Source of the DNA: Treponemataceae bacterium
Lineage (GTDB): Bacteria; Spirochaetota; Spirochaetia; Treponematales; Rectinemataceae
Direction: 5' to 3'
Assembly: GCA_963667725.2 (NCBI GenBank)
Contig: CAXXHO010000008.1
Location: 1 to 18,356 of the forward strand
Length of the DNA: 18,356 bases
Made by a program: the position numbers and the translations under genes. Below, in pieces: positions 15,242-18,356 of the stretch. How positions within the stretch are numbered: the stretch's first letter is position 1; the number at the start of each line of letters is the position of its first letter. Under the pieces are notes generated by a model that worked only from the letters and a program-made list of their open reading frames with translations, was not told the DNA's origin and made no database searches.

Positions 15242-16258
15242 ATGGAAATGATGGATTCGAGCGACGAAAACCTCAGGAAGGCGGGATCGGCCATAGCGGC
15301 GGGCAAGCTCGTCGTCATCCCCACCGAGACCGTCTACGGCCTCGGCGCCGACGCCTTCAACCCGGACGCCGTCGCGCGCGTTTTCGAAGCCAAGAGACGT
15401 CCCGCCTTCGACCCGCTCATCATCCATATATCCAGACTCGACGATATCGAACGCATCGCGACCTCCTTTCCGCCCAAGGCACGGCTTCTGGCCGAAGCGC
15501 TCTGGCCCGGCCCCCTCACCATGATTTTACCCAAGCGCCCCGAGGTGCCCGATATCGTCACTTCCGGTCTGGACACGGCGGCCGTGCGCTTCCCTGTCCA
15601 TCCCGTCGCGAGGAAAATCATCGAATATTCCGGTACGGTGGTGGCGGCGCCCAGCGCCAATCCCTTCGGCTACATATCGCCCACGACCGCGCAGCACGTG
15701 GCAAAGACCCTCGGCGATCGCGTGGATTTCATCGTCGATGGAGGACCTTGCGCCGTGGGCGTCGAATCGACCGTCATCGATATGACCCGCGATATTCCGG
15801 CCGTACTGAGGCCCGGCGGCATGCCTCTGGAGCGAATCCGTGACATTATCGGCGAAGTGCTGATTCCCGGAAAGAAAGGCGGACTCATAGCCAGCCCGGG
15901 CCAGCTCAAGAGCCATTACGCGCCTCGCGCGACCCTCTACCTCCATCCGTGGAATTCCCTGCCCAACGCGCTTCGGCAGGCCTTGCCCGGCGGCGTCGCG
16001 GCCGATCCGTCCGCCGCTCCCATGGCCGCCATCGTCTTCGACGCGTCCCGCGCCTCCATCCTGGCGGAATCGGGGCTTTTTGGGCGTATCGACGTTCTTT
16101 CCGAGCGCGGCGACATGAGAGAGGCCGCTTCGCGCCTTTTCGCCCTTCTGCATGAACTCGATGCCGCCGGTTTTGGGATCATCCACGCGGAACGCGTTCC
16201 CGAGGAAGGTTTAGGGCGAGCCATCAATGATCGGCTATATCGCGCATCGAAAAAGTAG
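15242..16258 (+). CDS. sua5: L-threonylcarbamoyladenylate synthase Sua5 (TsaC2: YrdC + SUA5 domains)
   Basis: PTETVYGLGA, KRRP..DPLIIH, WPGPLT, AAPSAN, GVESTVID, LRPG, linker SPGQLKSHYAP and C-terminal GLGRAINDRL.RA. Confidence 0.93.
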   Translation: MEMMDSSDENLRKAGSAIAAGKLVVIPTETVYGLGADAFNPDAVARVFEAKRRPAFDPLIIHISRLDDIERIATSFPPKARLLAEALWPGPLTMILPKRPEVPDIVTSGLDTAAVRFPVHPVARKIIEYSGTVVAAPSANPFGYISPTTAQHVAKTLGDRVDFIVDGGPCAVGVESTVIDMTRDIPAVLRPGGMPLERIRDIIGEVLIPGKKGGLIASPGQLKSHYAPRATLYLHPWNSLPNALRQALPGGVAADPSAAPMAAIVFDASRASILAESGLFGRIDVLSERGDMREAASRLFALLHELDAAGFGIIHAERVPEEGLGRAINDRLYRASKK

Positions 16259-16342
16259 AGTATTCTTATCGCGATGGACGATTTATATTTAAAATCCTTG
16301 TGATCAGGTAAAATACTTTTCAGGACTGACATAGGAAATTAC

Positions 16343-17887
16343 ATGGATGGAATAAGGACTGTCGTCACATCTTTGCTTCTCAGCTCATGCATGGCCATCG
16401 CCGTTGTCTGTGTGCTCGCGCTCCGGAAACGATCGACATCGGGCCTGGCCGCGATTTTCCTTGCCCTCTGCGGGCTGAGCGCGGCGATATACGACTTCGG
16501 CTACGCGATGGAAATTCGCGCGACGACGCTGCCCAGCGTCCTTTTCTGGGTTCGTTTCCAGCACTGGGGCATCCAGTCCATACCCCTATTCTGGCTCCTG
16601 TTCACGCTTTGCATCATCGGGAAAAACAAGCTTGTCACTCCGCTTTTTGTCATTTTGATATCCATTTTACCCCTCCTCGCCCTCGCCGCTTCCCAGACCC
16701 TGGGCGGACTAAACCTGCTTCACCCGAACCCTCATTTGGGGGGCGGAGACATGATTTCCCTCTTTCAATACGACAGGGGATGGGCCATATATCTTGTGAC
16801 GGCAGTCCAGAGCGTGTACCTTCTGGCGAGCGCCATCCTCCTGGTCGGCGTGCTGATCCTCGGCGTTCCGGTGCCTCGCCCGCAGACGCTCATCTATCTG
16901 GCGGGCTTCCTTCTGCCATGGTTTAACGGCCTCGCCTACAATATGGGGCTGATCCCCTATAATCTGGATTCCACGCCCCTGATCTTGAGCATAAGCATGG
17001 CGCTTTTCATGATCGGTTTCCTCAAAGTCGGGATGCTCGACATAGCGCCGCTGGCTCGCGACGTGATCTTCGAGGGCACGAATGACGGGATTCTGGTCAT
17101 AGACCGGCATAGCCGGATCACCGATTTCAACACCTGCATGAAGTCCATAATGCCCTTCCTCGACAGATCCAAGACGGGCGTTCCGGCCCGGACCGTTTTG
17201 GCGAATTACGGTACCTTGTGGGAGTTGCTGGACCATGAACTGCCGGCCGTGATCGAGTTCCAGCCGGATTTCAAATCCGATAAGCGCATCTTCCGCGTAT
17301 CCTCAGCCATTCTTCGAGGCAAATTGAACAAAGATCTCGGCAAGCTCCTGACCTTTCACGATGTGACCGAGATGAAAGAACTCCAGCGGCGGCTAGAATT
17401 CCTGGCTATCCACGACGAGCTCACCGGGCTGTACAATCGCCGATATCTCAATGAAGTCGCGTCCCGTGAAATAGAAAAGGCGAAGCGTATCGGCGGCGAA
17501 TTTTCGATGTTGATGCTGGATCTGGATCATTTCAAGCTTGTCAATGACACCTTCGGTCACGCCGGCGGCGATCAGGCCCTCATCGCCATCGCCAAGGTCT
17601 GCAGGAGCACGGTAAGGGAAACCGATATCGTGGGTCGTTTCGGCGGCGAGGAAATCCTGGTCCTGCTTCCTGATACAGCGGATTCAGCCGCGCGCGATAT
17701 CGCCGAAAAAATGTGCGTCGCGATCGAAGCCAGTCCGATTTCCTTCGAGGGAGAAGAAATCTTCCTTACGGCGAGTTTCGGCGTCGCATCGATGAGCCCG
17801 TCCTGCAATACGTTGAAGGCTATCCTGATATCAGTCGATAGAGCGCTCTACAGGGCCAAGACTTCGGGCAGAAACCGCGTCTGCTAG
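16343..17887 (+). CDS. Diguanylate cyclase with an N-terminal 7TM (HisKA_7TM-like) sensor, PAS-like domain and GGDEF domain
   Basis: About 7 hydrophobic helices, then DIAPLARDVIFE..NDGILVID (PAS entry), DELTGLYNRR, DLDHFKLVNDTFGHAGGD, RETD I-site, RFGGEEI and ALYRAK..GRN. Confidence 0.9.
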   Translation: MDGIRTVVTSLLLSSCMAIAVVCVLALRKRSTSGLAAIFLALCGLSAAIYDFGYAMEIRATTLPSVLFWVRFQHWGIQSIPLFWLLFTLCIIGKNKLVTPLFVILISILPLLALAASQTLGGLNLLHPNPHLGGGDMISLFQYDRGWAIYLVTAVQSVYLLASAILLVGVLILGVPVPRPQTLIYLAGFLLPWFNGLAYNMGLIPYNLDSTPLILSISMALFMIGFLKVGMLDIAPLARDVIFEGTNDGILVIDRHSRITDFNTCMKSIMPFLDRSKTGVPARTVLANYGTLWELLDHELPAVIEFQPDFKSDKRIFRVSSAILRGKLNKDLGKLLTFHDVTEMKELQRRLEFLAIHDELTGLYNRRYLNEVASREIEKAKRIGGEFSMLMLDLDHFKLVNDTFGHAGGDQALIAIAKVCRSTVRETDIVGRFGGEEILVLLPDTADSAARDIAEKMCVAIEASPISFEGEEIFLTASFGVASMSPSCNTLKAILISVDRALYRAKTSGRNRVC

Positions 17888-17919
17888 GCTGGATCCCTCT
17901 TCCGAATATCGCAACATCC

Positions 17920-18356
17920 TCACATCGTGTCGCCGCGGTCAGACCGGGGTGGCATCAGATTGTCCAAGTCCTCCGGTTCCGCCGGGGGAAGCGGCTGGGC
18001 AGGGGGCGCTTGGCTTGATGTCGTCAGGTCCGGTATTGCCAACGCGGGTAATGCCGGCGCGGGTAATACCGGGGGGCTCTCCAGCGGTTTTGCCTCGACC
18101 AGATAGTCCAGAAGCGGCAGCGCCGCGATTCCGTACTGGATTTTCCCGAAGGCGAGGGTGGCCTGGATGATGTTCTTCGCGTACTGTCGAGGTTGGGCGA
18201 GATGGAGCGTTTCCAGGAGAATGTCGTCGGGAAGCTCTCCCGATTCCCTGGACCAGGCCAGCATCCGGCTGGGTCCCGCGTTATAGGCGAACATCGCCCG
18301 CATGGGCTTGCGGCCGAAACGGCCAAGCATGTACGAGTAATAGGTGAATCCAATCC
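17920..18356 (-). CDS. Soluble lytic transglycosylase (Slt family), C-terminal part; partial, enters from the right edge
   Basis: The frame is open to the window edge: IGFTYYSYMLGRFG...AMFAYNAGP...W...E...RQYAKNI matches the SLT C-terminal motifs, followed by a Pro-rich tail. Confidence 0.78.
   Translation of the reverse strand, partial: IGFTYYSYMLGRFGRKPMRAMFAYNAGPSRMLAWSRESGELPDDILLETLHLAQPRQYAKNIIQATLAFGKIQYGIAALPLLDYLVEAKPLESPPVLPAPALPALAIPDLTTSSQAPPAQPLPPAEPEDLDNLMPPRSDRGDTM

Overview
A GC-rich bacterial chromosomal segment from a probable anaerobe. A free-living spirochaete is my guess from protein style and is not proven. It holds about 20 genes and no mobile element, CRISPR array or RNA gene. 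From left to right: a 3'-truncated GH5 endoglycoceramidase-related (EGCrP-like) glycosidase missed by the ORF track; a two-subunit 2-oxoacid:ferredoxin oxidoreductase; an RluA-family pseudouridine synthase; a cupin; a TrmH/SpoU methyltransferase; a NapH/MauN-type membrane polyferredoxin behind a perfect sigma-54 promoter; an aldo/keto reductase; and a ribokinase. Next comes a minus-strand operon, nqrB-C-D-E-F plus two coupled hypothetical genes, followed by a stand-alone B3/B4 protein, Sua5, a 7TM-PAS-GGDEF diguanylate cyclase and the 3' end of a lytic transglycosylase. The most notable element is the Nqr-like operon. It has no nqrA (and no rnfC/rnfB), its NqrB is RnfD-sized and lacks the quinone-site N-terminus, and its NqrF resembles monooxygenase reductases. 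This makes it a candidate Rnf/Nqr-intermediate ion-pumping redox complex with an unknown electron acceptor and two uncharacterised accessory genes.
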